DNA of 64,000 nt, from the NCBI RefSeq assembly GCF_001194135.2, contig NC_068983.1, positions 118,835,519 through 118,899,518 of the forward strand. Reading direction: 5' to 3'. A program made the translations under genes and the position numbers. This DNA comes from Octopus bimaculoides (Eukaryota). Positions 38,768 through 52,146 of the stretch are shown piece after piece. Position 1 is the first letter of the stretch. Each line of letters opens with the position of its first letter. The notes beneath the pieces are model-generated. The model was not told the DNA's origin. It searched no databases and saw nothing but the letters and a program-made list of their open reading frames with translations.

Positions 38768-39499
38768 AACCTAAACCATTATATATGTTCAACCACCAGA
38801 GTTATTTAAAAAAAACATTCGGTAATTATACCGTACGCTTACTAATTGCAATTATAGTCGATGGCACTTTGCGGTATTTAACTATATTTAATGTGGTCAA
38901 GTCATTCCAGATTAAATTGATCCGGTAAAAGGAAGTTTGTGCAGCGCATATAAGACCAGATGCAAATCTTCAGCTTTTCAAGTCTTCAACTTGATACGCC
39001 ATGTTACTAGATGTGATAGTGTGAGAAACTCTAGACTCCAGGAAGACAGCATGTAGCAAATACCTCTGTACCGTGATAGCCAAACTGTTAAAACTCTTAT
39101 CGAAAAACTGTGTAATTATCAGAGACATTCACAAATTTACGCCATTTGCTTGTAAAAATCATGTACTACAGACATTTCTTACTTTATCTGTTTATCTCTA
39201 AGGTTGATATCTTTCTTTAATCCTTGCATATTCCAAGTTTTGAGTTTTCGAAGCTAAACTTTGACATTCTCAATAAATATATCAGTATTTTGCAAACTTT
39301 AAAACGGTCACAACNNNNNNNNNNNNNNNNNNNNNNNNNNNNNNNNNNNNNNNNNNNNNNNNNNNNNNNNNNNNNNNNNNNNNNNNNNNNNNNNNNNNNN
39401 NNNNNNNNNNNNNNNNNNNNNNNNNNNNNNNNNNNNNNNNNNNNNNNNNNNNNNNNNNNNNNNNNNNNNNNNNNNNNNNNCCACCACCATCATCATCAT

Positions 39500-39795
39500 C
39501 ATTTCTTTTTATCACCGGTTTTGTTGGAGCTCCTGGAGTCTTACATGCGTTGAGGGCTTGCTATCTGCAATCTCCGGTTCCATGCTATCCATTCTTTTCA
39601 GATATCTAATAATTTCCTGATTATTCTGGCTGTGCCAAGGAGGCAAACCTTTTGTAACAGTTCTACTGAGTACTCTGTTCCAATTTCCTTTATATTCCCC
39701 TTTATACCTTTTGATACTGTTCTCAAGGATCCAACAATAATTGACACTACCTTCGCCTTCTTCATTTTCCATAGCTGGGCTATTTCGTACTTAAG
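39500..39795 (-). mobile_element. R4/Dong-clade 3' end (REL C-terminus + 3' UTR)
   Basis: Minus strand IAQLWKMKKAKVVSIIVGSLRTVSKG...LLQKVCLLGTARIIRKLLDI*, followed by a UTR and a (TGA)n-like tail. Confidence 0.8.
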
Positions 39796-39989
39796 CGGTT
39801 TATTATTATTATTGTGTTGTTTTTCTTCTTCTTTCTTCTTTCTTCAAGTTTTCTTCCATTTCTCGTCGAGTGTTTTCCGTACACCTAGGGCAGAGAAGCT
39901 CATTGTATGCATTCCCAGATTACACATGCAAATTCACAGGTAAAATATGTATTTAAAAAAATTACTAAATAAATTAATTCATGAATGGA

Positions 39990-40250
39990 TGGTGTTTTCA
40001 CAGCGATAATGCTCTTCTCAGTACATGAGTCGTTCCAGATAACACGATTTTTTGCCCTTCCTGTAGGGATGGTAAGCCTGGTATCATTGTCAAATAGGTC
40101 TCAATACCTTTTTGTATCATTCCTAGAGATCCTACAATCACTGGTACGGTAGTCGCCTTGAGATGCCACATTTTATCAATTTTTATTACCAAGTCGTTAT
40201 ATTTACTGATCTTGTCAAATTATTTCGCCGCTATATTATGATACCAAGGA
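39990..40250 (-). mobile_element. R4/Dong-clade REL C-terminal fragment
   Basis: KISKYNDLVIKIDKMWHLKATTVPVIVGSLGMI...QKIVLSGTTHVLRRALSL*. The 5' side abuts the (ATT)n tract at 40280-40335. Confidence 0.85.
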
Positions 40251-40285
40251 ATACTCATGTCAACTAATAAACATTATTATAATTA

Positions 40286-40356
<71 letters not shown>

Positions 40357-40364
40357 CTCCACAA

Positions 40365-40484
40365 CTGTTTTGTCGTCAATGTTGCACTTTCCCGTATCAC
40401 CTGTTTCAACATAGCTGTAATATATATATATATATACACAAACTATACTATTTTAAGCCCGAACAACGCCGGGTATCTCTGCTA

Positions 40485-40485
<1 letters not shown>
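40365..40485 (+). mobile_element. Helitron 3' terminus (same family as 12236-12342)
   Basis: TTTTGTCGTCAATGTTGCAC...CCCGAACAACGCCGGG hairpin (40458-40473), CTAG (40482-40485), then T. Confidence 0.75.
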
Positions 40486-40529
<44 letters not shown>

Positions 40530-40532
<3 letters not shown>

Positions 40533-41431
40533 GTAGTCTGATCAATAAGTATCCGGACTATTACCATAGTAACGAAACTAAAGCACGCAAAGTAAAGCCG
40601 CTTCGCACAGGCTGACATTGAACTCTGCTGTACATGCGCACTAAATTTTAGCGTTCTAGCTCACTTCCGCTGTTTACAGCAGTGCTTGAAAATAGCGTGT
40701 GTAACGTGTTATCATCGTATTCCCCGTAAGAGAGAAAGTTGACCAGAGAATCTGCTTCTAATTTCGTCAAAAGCTTAGCAGTACCTGCTCAGAGGCCTAC
40801 GCAAAGTTATCAAAAAGTTTTCACCGTTCTCGACTCAGTCAAGGAGATCTTGTGCAACAGAAAGCTGAATGTCTCTTTGGTCAGCTGAAAGCAGCTTTGG
40901 CACAAGTGTTGGCAGATATGCGTCTCATACCTAAATCTTCAGTGATAATGGACTGAACTGAACTGAACTGTAACTAATCTGCACATCCTCTGATAACTTA
41001 CAGATGGCGGTTCGACCATTTCCCCTCATAACTGCATGCACATCTGCGATGTTTTTCTCAGTTCTGCGGGTTGCTCGTCTCCGAGAACGTTCGTCACTCT
41101 CGACATTTTTTTCGGCCATTTTGGAAACGTCTGAACCCCTCGTACATTTGAATGGATGCACTCCTCTCTATCCACTTTCTGCAATTTTGCGTTGGCCTCT
41201 CACTAGGTATCGCCATGACAACTTTTTTCTGTTATGGTCAATGCGACGATCACACGTTACAGACAATATTTCCAAGCACTGCTGTAAACAGGGGAAGTGA
41301 GCTAGAACGTTAAAAGTTAGTGTGCGTGCACAACGGAGATCAAGGTCAAACTGTACCAAGCAACTGCACTCTGTATGCTTTAGCTTTCTTACTATGACAA
41401 CAGTCCGGATACTTATTGATCAGACCTTGTA
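40530..41431. mobile_element. Fold-back mariner derivative made of two 5' ends
   Basis: TIRs TACGTAGTCTGATCAATAAGTATCCGGACT and its inverse AGTCCGGATACTTATTGATCAGACCTTGTA, embedded in (TA)n. The ~200-bp arms are inverted homologues. Transposase N-terminus reads on + at ~40740-40815 and on - from ~41200 down to ~40805. Confidence 0.88.
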
Positions 41432-42641
41432 TATATGTAAATATACATATATATACATACATACACATGTGTGTGTTTGTGTGTGCGTGTGTGTGGTTGT
41501 ATGTGGTGGGGCGTGTATATATTACTGTAACTATTCATTTAAAACCCAGTAATATAGCTGTACTAAGGAATGAGTTAAAAATCACAAAAGTTATATTTAA
41601 TTCTTTAGTGTTGTAATTTCATACTGTGGAAGACCTTCATGAATTCAGAATGTAAACATAATATTTCTCAGATATTATTTATCAATTAATTTCATTTATC
41701 CCTCCGGAGTTGACAGCATAAGTACCAGTAATAACCACCCGTACCTTTTATGTATGCATGTATGTATGTATATATGTATGTATGTATTTATGCGCCTGTG
41801 TGTATATATATATATATATGTATACATATATATATATATATATATTTATGATTACACACACATACACACACACACATATAGACACATGTATGTAAGTATG
41901 TATATATGTCTTAATGTATGTTTTCATGTATGTATGTATGTATGCATTTACGTATGTATATGTTATATGTTTGTATGTATGAACACATGAGTTGTGGTAA
42001 CGTAATAAATCATTAATTAGGCAAATCAACGAAGGAGTCTCTACGATGTCAGTTGATCTGACATCACACTACGCTGTCTTGGAGGAAGAGTGGATTTAGT
42101 CCCTGATACACTGTGTTTAAAAGACGGGAAAAATGAAAGATGAATAGGAAAGGAAATGGAATTGGGATTGTCATGGCCAGAACTCCATGGGAATCGTAAT
42201 TATGAGTTTTATAAATTTCAATCAATATACATCATACACATGCTATGCATCATTGCCAAAATGATAATTTCGAGTTCTCAGATGGGATTGTTGTGAATCT
42301 GTTCTTAGCGATGTCCTCTACGTTGAACATGGTATATGCATTGAATTTGACTTGCCGCTTTTATTCCGACAGTGTACATTACGCTATCGCCTGTATAACT
42401 TATTCAGAAGTGACGTATATATTGTTAGATACTTTACATAGCTGAGACCAAATACTAAACAACCAAAATGAAAGTTTTTACCTCGCTCTCACATGAGTTG
42501 TTTTAGTATTTAAACTTAGTTTATTAAGATCAATCTTGAAGAAGCATTGAAAACTGATATAGCAGTACCATTCTATCAAATTTATAAAGTGGTGTAATAA
42601 ATCTGTATATCATTCATACTTTAAGCGAATAAGAGATATTA

Positions 42642-42855
42642 TTTTCTGCTCTAGGTACAAGGCCCGAAATTTCTGGAGCGGGAGTCAGTCGATTAGATCG
42701 ACCTCAGTACGCAACTGGTACTTAATTTATCGAGCCCGAAAGGATGAAAGGCAAAGTCGACCTCAGCGGAATTTGAACTCAAAACGTAAAAACAGACGAA
42801 ATACCGCTAAGCATTTCGTCAGGCGTGCAAACGTTTCTGCCAGTTCACCGCCTTA
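42642..42855 (-). mobile_element. SINE family 1 with TSD
   Basis: 15-bp TSD GAAT(A/G)AGAGATATTA at 42627-42641 and 42856-42870. Confidence 0.92.
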
Positions 42856-45189
42856 GAATGAGAGATATTAACAACTCGAAGGCTTTAGAATTTAAAATTG
42901 ACTGGCTGCAAACTGTAAGGATCAACTTCTACTGGAAAAGTGGCCACTAGCACATAATCCCTTGAAGATTAGATTAGAGATTTGGAAAGTGTCTTTCGAA
43001 GAAGCTTACCAGAGATATTTTTCACACACCTTATGACTGTCACTAGTGTTATGTATTTGTTTCACGTATCATTCGAATATGTGATATCATCCATATGTAA
43101 AAAAAAAACTTATGTCTTCATATAGTAACCGGGTTTACTACAGTATTACTGGGGCTGTAGCGTAACATTTTTTTGTCGTTGAAGTGTGCTTGAAAGGTAA
43201 GAAAAATCTTGAAGGTAAGCCAGCGGCCACCAGCAGATTTTCTTGTCAGAATAAAAACATTCACTTTTACTGTTTAGTTGGAATCAGTAGCTCACAAACG
43301 GTAACCATTCGAGGAAACATATGTGTAAACAATGCAATTCTTCAAAACAGCACATTCAATACGTTCACAAAGCTTGGTGAATGCCAAAACATTATCAGGC
43401 AATGTCAATTTCTGCGCATAGTTAATGTAAGTAGTTCTCTTACATTGCAACTAAGAATAAAACATGGCTATTTGATTACATTGGTTCGTAGTATTGAAGC
43501 AGTTTGTTTCTGATTCATGGTTTCTTTTTGGCCAGTAAAAGTGATTTATACGTTTTCTTTTTACTCTTTCATTGAATTGCTTGAAAAAATCTGATGTATT
43601 TCCAAAGAAAATAAACAACAACGTTAACAGTTAAAGGCATACTGTCGCTGGTTTTAAAAGAAATTCTTTACATATAATAGTTTTGTTGATAAAAACTAAT
43701 TACTAGAATAAGGATTTTCTCATAGCATATCAAATTCCTTGCGGAATGGTTTGAATAAGATCAATAATTCAATAGATAGAACTTCGATAAGAAAAACAAA
43801 CTATTTTCATCTTTGTAAGTTGATCCATTTGAAATTTTTAGCAAAAGTATAAAGTTTCCACCTGAAAGCGAACAACTTCCTTAAGTCTAACAACAAAGCA
43901 TTAAATCTTAGAGTGTGAGAAGGAACACATCAAGAAGCACTCTGCTGTTGATATTGTTTACATAATTTGATCTCCAGATAGTGGCACACAAACATATGTT
44001 TCTTAAATGTATAACAGGCGATGAAGCAAAGAATTTCGAGTAAATCTACAATGCTAATACACTTTGTTATCAGATTAACCAAACTAAAATTGTTTTTTTT
44101 CTGAGGACCAAATTCCCATCTGCTGCTAGCAATATTTGTTCTGAAACAGTACTAATTAACACAGTTGAGAAATTAATGCAACAAAACTTTAAAGTTGTTA
44201 ACATTTTGAGACAGGGTTGAATATTTTTTATAAATGTGGTGATCATATTGATTGCTTTTCAGAGGGTATGAGATCAGTTTTTGTAGATCAGGGTATAATC
44301 GACTCAGCCGAATCAATATACTGCTGGTATATATACTGTATATCGCAAAGACGTTGATTATTTTTCTTGAGATGTGTGATCAATTTTTGTAGAAAAGGGT
44401 ATAGTCAACTAAATTGAGTCAATATACATTATACACACTAAAGACATGAAAGATGTAGTCAAATTAAACCTCTAGACATAAGATAACGAATTTAGATGCT
44501 ACTTGATATCTGTTGTCTTCCCAAATCATTTAGGGAAAGTTTCGAAGCAATATTAGTCAATGACTAATATTGTTTTTTTCTTGACTGCATACATTTTTAA
44601 ATAGATAACTTTTTATTCATGCATTAAACATTAGCACCTATAATATATTGAATGTCCAGTATATAATTTGGTTGATTCGACGACATAAGCACTAGTTATG
44701 AGGTCGATTTAATCAACCATAATCTTTCCTAAGTCGCTGGAGGTGCATATTTGTCAGCGTGTATAACGTTATATTGTATATTTATACGTGACTTTAGGAT
44801 ATAAATATCAATTTGGAAATAATACATTTCTAAATTTCTCAGAGAGATTTATACAGTAGTAACACGATAAGGTGGTGGTATGTTGTCAACTTAATGTGAC
44901 AGTCCCATGAAAGGGAAAAATACTACTGCTATTTAGCCCTAGGAAGCACCGCTTCCTGTCGGCCTTTCCTGTGTCCTTATGTTTATAAAAGGGGAGATAA
45001 GCACCTCCACCCAGCAAAGCCAGCATCCAGAGACTAGTTTCTTAGTCATTGCTCGTCATCAGCCTGCTAGCTGAATTTTTTTTATTACGACCATAAAGAT
45101 CAATACATAGATGGGACAGCACAGGACAATACATACAAAAAAATGTTGTGATGTGTTCGAATGATACATATTATTTAAAAATATTGATG

Positions 45190-46565
45190 ATGAAATAAAT
45201 AGTCTTTTTCTATATGAGTAAGGGATATGCTCTGTTGCCTCAAAGACCCAGCGGCTATCTTCCTTTCATTTCCTCCTTTTTTTTTTCAAATCCGATTAAG
45301 CCGGCTCCCTTGCACCCACCTTTCTTAACACAACTTTCTATCTTTCCTCAAACACACTTCTCGACAGGGTCCTTCTCTCCAGCCCTTTCTTGCTCTTCAA
45401 ATGATATCTGAAGTATTGTAGCAAAGCAGGGGCAGAAATGAAGGCCGTTGTCACGAATACTTGTATCCTAGTCTTCCACACACATTCTTTCAGCACTGAA
45501 ACTGTACAGAAAAAAACATGCCTCATCTTCCTTCGAGAGTCCAGTTGGCGGTGCAATCATTATTATAGACTCAGCCGATAGATGAACTCTTCTCAGATGC
45601 GACAATACGTGTTCGACATAAATTATCAAGCCTAACAGCTCCCGACAATGTACAAAACTCTGGTCTTATCGGGAGGACCGAAAAATCGAAGCCCACATCT
45701 TGGACATGTCGTTGGCACCGACATTCCGTGCCAGGATAACTTATCTCGAACAGGTAAAGCGTTCCTATTACACTGCCAGGTCAGGGATTTTTGGTTATTA
45801 TCCAAATACCCTGACCCGAAAGTTTTTTGAACAGGTTGGTAAGTTGGTTCTCATCGAACCCCAGAGCCCCTCCTAGGGCGTCATCGTTTTTATACTCTGC
45901 CAGCCCGCTATACAAAACCGAGGTGGTATTCCCACCTAGTCCGTCTTGTGGATCAGCACGAGTGTCTGTCAACACTCCTTTGCCATTCAGTCGGATTACG
46001 TCCTTTAATGAAACCGAGTTTAAATCGCTCCAAAGAGGCTGGTCGCGGAAAGAATGCCTCTGCCAGCGGATTCCACACCTTATCACCCTCCAGGTAGCGC
46101 CAGGGATGTTTCAGCCTCAACGCATGTCTGCGCATCATTAACCAGGGCATTACCAACCCACCCTTTAACGGTTCCTAGCAGTAGACGGAACGCCTCACAA
46201 GTGGCTTTCCTCCCTTCCACAATACGCGGAAGAGGAGTCGCTCCAACTTGTTCAGTCACGAGTCGGGGCAAGGGACAACGGTCAGGCGGTAGGGGATTAC
46301 AGATGCAATTAATACCTGTACCACCTCTGCCCTTCCTTTCAGGGACAGAGACCTTCCGGACCAGGTTCGGACTAGGGTCTCCACCCTGTCTGCCACCTAG
46401 CTCCAATTCTTCTCCGTCTGGGAGTCCGCTCCAAAACAAACTCCAAGCAACTTAACAGGACCATCTATCCAGTGACCCACGACACTAGACGATATTGACT
46501 TGCTCCGCCAGGTGCCGAGGCGCATGCCGATGGACTTGTCCTTGTTAACTTTTGCCCCTGCCACC
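45190..46565 (-). mobile_element. 5'-truncated Tx1/L1-clade LINE (RT thumb to C-terminus)
   Basis: EPVAGAKVNKDKSIGMRLGTWR...GPVKLLGVCFG, homologous to 4690-4830. Retains NALPVRDKLSWHGMSVPTTCPRCG (CCHC region), which is missing from the 2181-5917 copy. Truncated at a (TA)/(CA) microsatellite. Confidence 0.88.
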
Positions 46566-46608
46566 GGCTCGTATATATATGTATATATATACACACACGC
46601 ATACAAAT

Positions 46609-46685
<77 letters not shown>

Positions 46686-46689
46686 ACGG

Positions 46690-47645
46690 GCTATTACACA
46701 GTTTCTGTTTTTCAAATTTATCAAAGAGAAAAACTTTAGGACACAATAAGGAGAACGCAATCCATCTTGGAGGTTCAAAGTATCATCGAACATATCCTGG
46801 AAAATGAGTGCCAACGCCAAAGAATATCAGATTTTGGAATGAATTGTGGTGCACGAAGACATTTGATACAAGTTGTATGTGCTGAGAAAAGGCTAATTCA
46901 TGTCCACAAACACAGGAGAACCGTTTCATCGTGCCAAGAGGTTATCTAACAAGCTTGAAACCACTCACGAACATGGCATAATTTGGTTCCTTTTCAACGA
47001 AAAAATCTCCAAACAGGACCAAAGTCTAACACAATAAATTACAGATGATTATGTGCAGATCATTCTGGCCCAAGAGTGGCGCATCCTAAGTTTCCCGCAA
47101 CTGTAGTGGTTTAACAAAAATTCTGTGACGTCATTCCATAGTTTCTTAGAATTAATGCTACCAGATATGTTGAGGTGTTGAAAACAGTTGTTAAGCCACG
47201 GATGGAGGAAGTACGCAGCAGAAGCGCCATAATTTTGTTCCTTGTCACAAAGTTCACGTAATCCAAGAATGGATGTCAGACAAATTTACAATCACGTAAT
47301 ACCAAACTTGTGGCCTCCAAACAGATTTAAATCCTATGGAATACTAGGTTTGGAGCGTTGCAGAAATGGAGACTAATTGACATCCTTACAATACCATAGT
47401 TTCACTGAAGGCTACCGTTGAACAGGTGATAAACAAAATGGATAATGGTTTTTTAGTGCAAGCGTAACAACTATTGCAGTCTCTACTTGACATAGTCACC
47501 AAAACTAAAGGCAGATTCATGGAATAATCTTAAAAGAAATTTTATCAAGAACATTTGCACAGAATTTTATTGAAATACATTAGGTTTTCGCTAGATTATG
47601 TTGGTTTTATTGAATTATCAAATATGTCCTCAAATACGTCTCGCA
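46690..47645 (+). mobile_element. Decayed Tc1/mariner-superfamily transposase, maT (DD37D)-like
   Basis: IWFLFNEKISKQDQ, RINATRYVEVLKTVVKP, VIQEWMS, NLWPPN-DLNPMEY*VWSVAEMETN, ...KGRFME* (~47528). I could not count the catalytic spacing because of indels; TIRs not resolved. Confidence 0.8.
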
Positions 47646-47854
47646 CTCGATGTATGTATGTCTATATGTACGTATGTATATGTTAATATGCACATATGTA
47701 TGTATGTTTAAATATGTATATCTGTATTATATGTATGGATAGATAAATGGATGGATTGATGGATGTGTGTGTGTTCATTTAGTATTCACTGTCGAAATAA
47801 GAGTACTGAATACTACAGTAGGTATTACTCATATTTTTATTTTTATTTTCCTTC

Positions 47855-47980
47855 TTTACGTTCTGAGATCAAGTTCCGCCGAAGTCGACTTTGTCCTTCA
47901 TCCTTTCGGAGTTGATAAAATGAGTACCAGTTGAGCAGTGGGGTCGAAATTGTTGGCCTTGTGCCGCAATTTGAAACCAG
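47855..47980 (+). mobile_element. SINE family 1, 5'-truncated
   Basis: TTTACGTTCTGAGATCAAGTTCCGCCGAAGTCGAC...GGCCTTGTGCC. Confidence 0.8.
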
Positions 47981-48086
47981 TAATCTTTTTACTTTGGTTG
48001 AGTCAGTTTTTTGCTATGCTGATGACCCTCTGAGCGCACAGGCGAAACACCAGAGTAGCAAGATGCTGACTCAAACTCTCTCTCTA

Positions 48087-48202
48087 TTCTTTTACCTGTT
48101 TCAGTCATTTGACTGCGGCCATGCAAGAGCAATGCAGTGAGACTGTACCTGGAACCATGTGGTTAGGAAGTAAGCGTCTTACCACACACCCACGCCTGCG
48201 CC
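48087..48202 (-). mobile_element. SINE family 2, head and tail fused (centre deleted)
   Basis: Tail TTCTTTTACCTGTTTCAGTCATTTGACTGCGGCCATG joined to head GGAACCATGTGGTTAGG...CACGCCTGCGCC. Confidence 0.8.
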
Positions 48203-48358
48203 TATGAAAAAGATTGACGACCCTGGTATATATGCATGTGCGCGCGCGCACACACAGACAGACACACACATATATATACATACATGCATATATATATATA
48301 TATTTTAAATTTGATAAAATTCTTGTAAAAAGATTTTTATCCCTTTTTGAATTTATTA

Positions 48359-48405
<47 letters not shown>

Positions 48406-48484
48406 ACATAAATAATATATAACTAAATGCATATATCCATACATATATGTACATACCTACATCTATATGTATACATACATGTAT

Positions 48485-48900
48485 ATATGGGTACAGGACA
48501 TCACAAAAAACGTTAAACACAATGAGAAACGAAAACATAAAGACGAAGACAGAAAACGAACTTTTTTTCGAACAACGAAAGAAACAGAGAAACGAGACAG
48601 GCAACATAAAGAATATTTCCCTTCTTCAGTTGTCCCTGTTCCATCTACTCCGCTTTTCGAAGGCAAGGACAATACGCGACTTCGTTGGAACAGTCCTTCC
48701 CGCAAAGCAAATTAAATTAAATTTGGAATTTTTTGCGGAGGGTGAAAGTGTAAACAAGAACAGGACAGTGAGAACAAGACAGTAAAAGACAGTAAAAACA
48801 AGACAGAACAGTGAAAACAAACGGTAAGGGCTGTTAGGCCAAGACATCGCTAAGCTTGAAAGAACACTTGAACGTTATAGACCAGGCGAGGCAACTCGCT
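48485..48900 (-). repeat. Dispersed repeat, possibly Penelope-like terminal region
   Basis: Homologous to 28080-28385; ends in a TA-rich tract. Confidence 0.55.
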
Positions 48901-49154
48901 TCAGATTGAATTCAAGAGTGGTAGACACCGATATTTACCCATTTTAACTAAAACAAACTAAAGAACTAAAACATGCAAAAAGAAAATCAGAATTACAGGC
49001 ACGACACTCACATGCACTTTATTATCAATAGTAAATGCATTATCTCCACGAATTACTCCTTCCATATTAACGATGTTCACAATGAGAAACATCTTCAGTA
49101 TACAATTTTATCAAACTATTTCACGTCCGTGAATCATGTTCATAAATAGATTTC

Positions 49155-49252
49155 ATTTTCTGTATAAATCTCCCTTTCTCTCTCATTCTCTCTTTCTCTC
49201 TCTCTCTTTCTCTCTCTCTCTTTCTCTCTCTCTCTTTCTCTATCTCTCTCTT

Positions 49253-49283
<31 letters not shown>

Positions 49284-49440
49284 GTCTCTCTCTTTCTCTC
49301 TCCCTCTTTCTCTCCCTCTCTCTTTCTCTCACTCTCTGTATATGCACACACATACATACATACATACATACATACATAAATACACACTCACACACACACA
49401 TATACATACATACATATTTATTTATTTATTTATTTATATA
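49155..49440. repeat. (CT)n / (CATA)n / (TTTA)n compound microsatellite
   Basis: Read directly. Confidence 0.95.
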
Positions 49441-50829
49441 TACGCACACACATGTATATATGGTGTACACATGCACACAAACAAATACATACGCACGCAC
49501 TAAGGTATATTTACAGATATGGTTTCAAAATTATATCAGTAAATCCTGCAATTTCGAGTTATTTTTAATTTTTAATAACGCGAGTGTGTTTCTTGACTGA
49601 TTAGGTTTACATTTACATTATTTATATCCTATGTTTTAGTTGCAACGTTTACGCCAATCCTTTTGAACCCAACCTACAGTTCCTTTATCCTATGTAGATA
49701 AATACCATCCTTACCACCCACTGCATAAAAACTACTCTTTAGCTTGTCTTGCTTATGTTACACGCACATATTTCAACATGTTTAGCTTCCCTCTTCGAAC
49801 TTTATGACCTCAATTTCCACATTTGGCAACTACCTTTTATTTTAGCTAAACAAAAATCTCCAGCGTCTATAGCCTTGTAATTATGTATAGTTTATAACAT
49901 ATAACACATGCTGGAAAACTAATGAAATTATATTGAAAAATATGAAGCGAAATATTTCTTTCTCGCAGTACGTCACACTTTTTATGCCATTAAATGCCCA
50001 AAACGTAATCTTACTAATATTTTCATTTTTGTGTTAATTTTAGTCGTTATTTTTCAGTAGACATTCTTCCAGTGCATAACTGATCAAAGAATGTATAGTT
50101 CCGTGACAATTTCTTCGTCAGTTTATCGTCATCACTTTGCGTTAACTTGCGTCATTAAGAAATATTGATTGATAAACTCATCGCACTTATTTTGAATGAC
50201 GGCGAACTTCCATTTGCCTTCATGTTTCCGTTTAATAATAAAAAAGAAATTTATATCTTGTTGCTATTTTTCTCAGGGGATTTTGCTGAGTCACTGTACA
50301 ATTTAAACAAACTAGAACCGTAATAAATAAATATAAGGTGACTCTGAATATATACAATTTGAATTTTTTATGAAATTGAGTATGTCTAAAATTAGAGATC
50401 TTCCTAAAATAGGAGTGTGGGTAAGGTGGCTAGATGAGCTTAAAGTCGTTCCTATGTTACTTGAAAAATCGAGTATTAGTAATTGGCGGAAATGCATGGG
50501 CAGGAAAAATCTCCAGAGTGATGTAACTTACCAGCTTGAGAAATGATGCATAATGTTTATTGTCAGCTCTGCAAAAGTGTAAGTTGTACAGTGAGCAATA
50601 CGATAGAATCATCAAGTGCAGTTCAGTGCAAACAGAATTAGATTTCTCGGAAAGTTCGTTGATAGACAAAAGACCAAATAATGTTGGCGACTGACATTCC
50701 AAATGACAAATTTTCTTTTGAATATTGTTGAAACAGATGTATATCAAAGATATATGAATATCTTAAAGAGGGGATGCAGAATAAAATTTCTCCTGTACTT
50801 CTAGTTTCATTAAAACTTGTTAGTGATAG

Positions 50830-51043
50830 AAGGCGGTGAGCTGGCAGAACCGTTAGCACGCCGGTAAAAATGCTTAGCAGCATTTCGTCCGTCTTTACGT
50901 TCTGAGTTCAAATTTCGACGTGGGTGACTTTGCCTTTCATCCTTTCAGGGTCGATAAATTATGTGCCAGTGGAGCACTGGGGTTGAGGTAATTGACTTAT
51001 CCCTTCCACCGAACTTACTGGCCTTGTGCCAAAATTTAAAATC
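50830..51043 (+). mobile_element. SINE family 1 with TSD
   Basis: AGTGATAGAA at 50822-50831 and 51044-51053. Confidence 0.9.
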
Positions 51044-52146
51044 AGTGATAGAAATTTTTATTTTCCCCGCAGAGAATGTCAGAATCAGTTTATGCCACGC
51101 AGATGATTACTTAGGAGAAGAGATTGTCAATTTTCATTGTGATATATTTTATCAGTAAAATTAGAAAAAAATAGACATTCACAAATTATGTGCTATGGTT
51201 CATTTAGAAATCGAAATCACATTAGCAAATATGTTAAGTGCTAAGCTACACTCTATAGCACAGATGCGTCCTTTTCTACCAACCTATAAGAAACCTTATC
51301 TCGTGTATAATGATATGCGGACCTCTTTTATAATAAACATGTTGATAAAACCTCAAACTTTTGTGCTCGTTATACTTCCACTGAATACACGCAATAAAAC
51401 TCCTTCAAAGTTAATCTTCTCAGTCCCAACAACCACATACCTAGTTATTAATTTGTACTTGGTATGTTTTCCTCAACTCAACAGGATAATCAGTTCCGAA
51501 AGTGTTTTTTCCATTGCTTGGAAGTAAAGGGCTCCGGAAATAGCAGCAATCCTCTCCAAATCTTTAACCTTTCCATCTGTATACGACTCTTTACTAATCT
51601 TCGGAAATATGCTACAGTGTATCCCATTGAGATGAACATACAAAACCACTTTCATCATCACTTTGAATCTCTTTCTCTCTCTCTCCTCTCAAAGAAGGAC
51701 TTGTGAGATTTGCGAAAAGCAAGTCACTTAGAAGAGGTTTAATCTTCACAAACTTCAAGCATCCGTGGTTTTTTGTTTTTGAGAACTTCGATTAGCTCAG
51801 TATTGTTGCTTCGTCCATATCTGATATGGAAACTTCATCGATAATTTGCCCATCTCTTTGTTTCATCCAACATTTAATTGGAATTTCCTTCTAATAATAG
51901 ATCTGAGTTTGAATATTTTCATTGATGGTCTAGATTCTTGTGGTTAAAAACGAGTAATGCATTAAGGAAGTGGCTCACAAACTTACTTTGTCATGGAAGT
52001 TTTGTATGATATTTTTAAATAATGTAGAAACCATACTTGAATTTTTACGGACAGCCTCGGCGCCCTAATTTCAATAAGACATTAAATGAAGCGCAAATTG
52101 CTTTTGAGAGAAATTATTCCTAAAAAAGCATATCACTTATAGGGAA

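Noticed and set aside
48595-48640. Minimal hammerhead ribozyme (GGACAA-CTGAAGA-AGG-GAAA...TTGCC on the minus strand; CTGATGA at ~28275)
   Set aside because: The position equivalent to the cleavage site would be G, stem III is only ~3 bp and non-palindromic, and the 28 kb copy lacks GAAA. At best it is a decayed relic; a covariance-model search of the family consensus would settle it.
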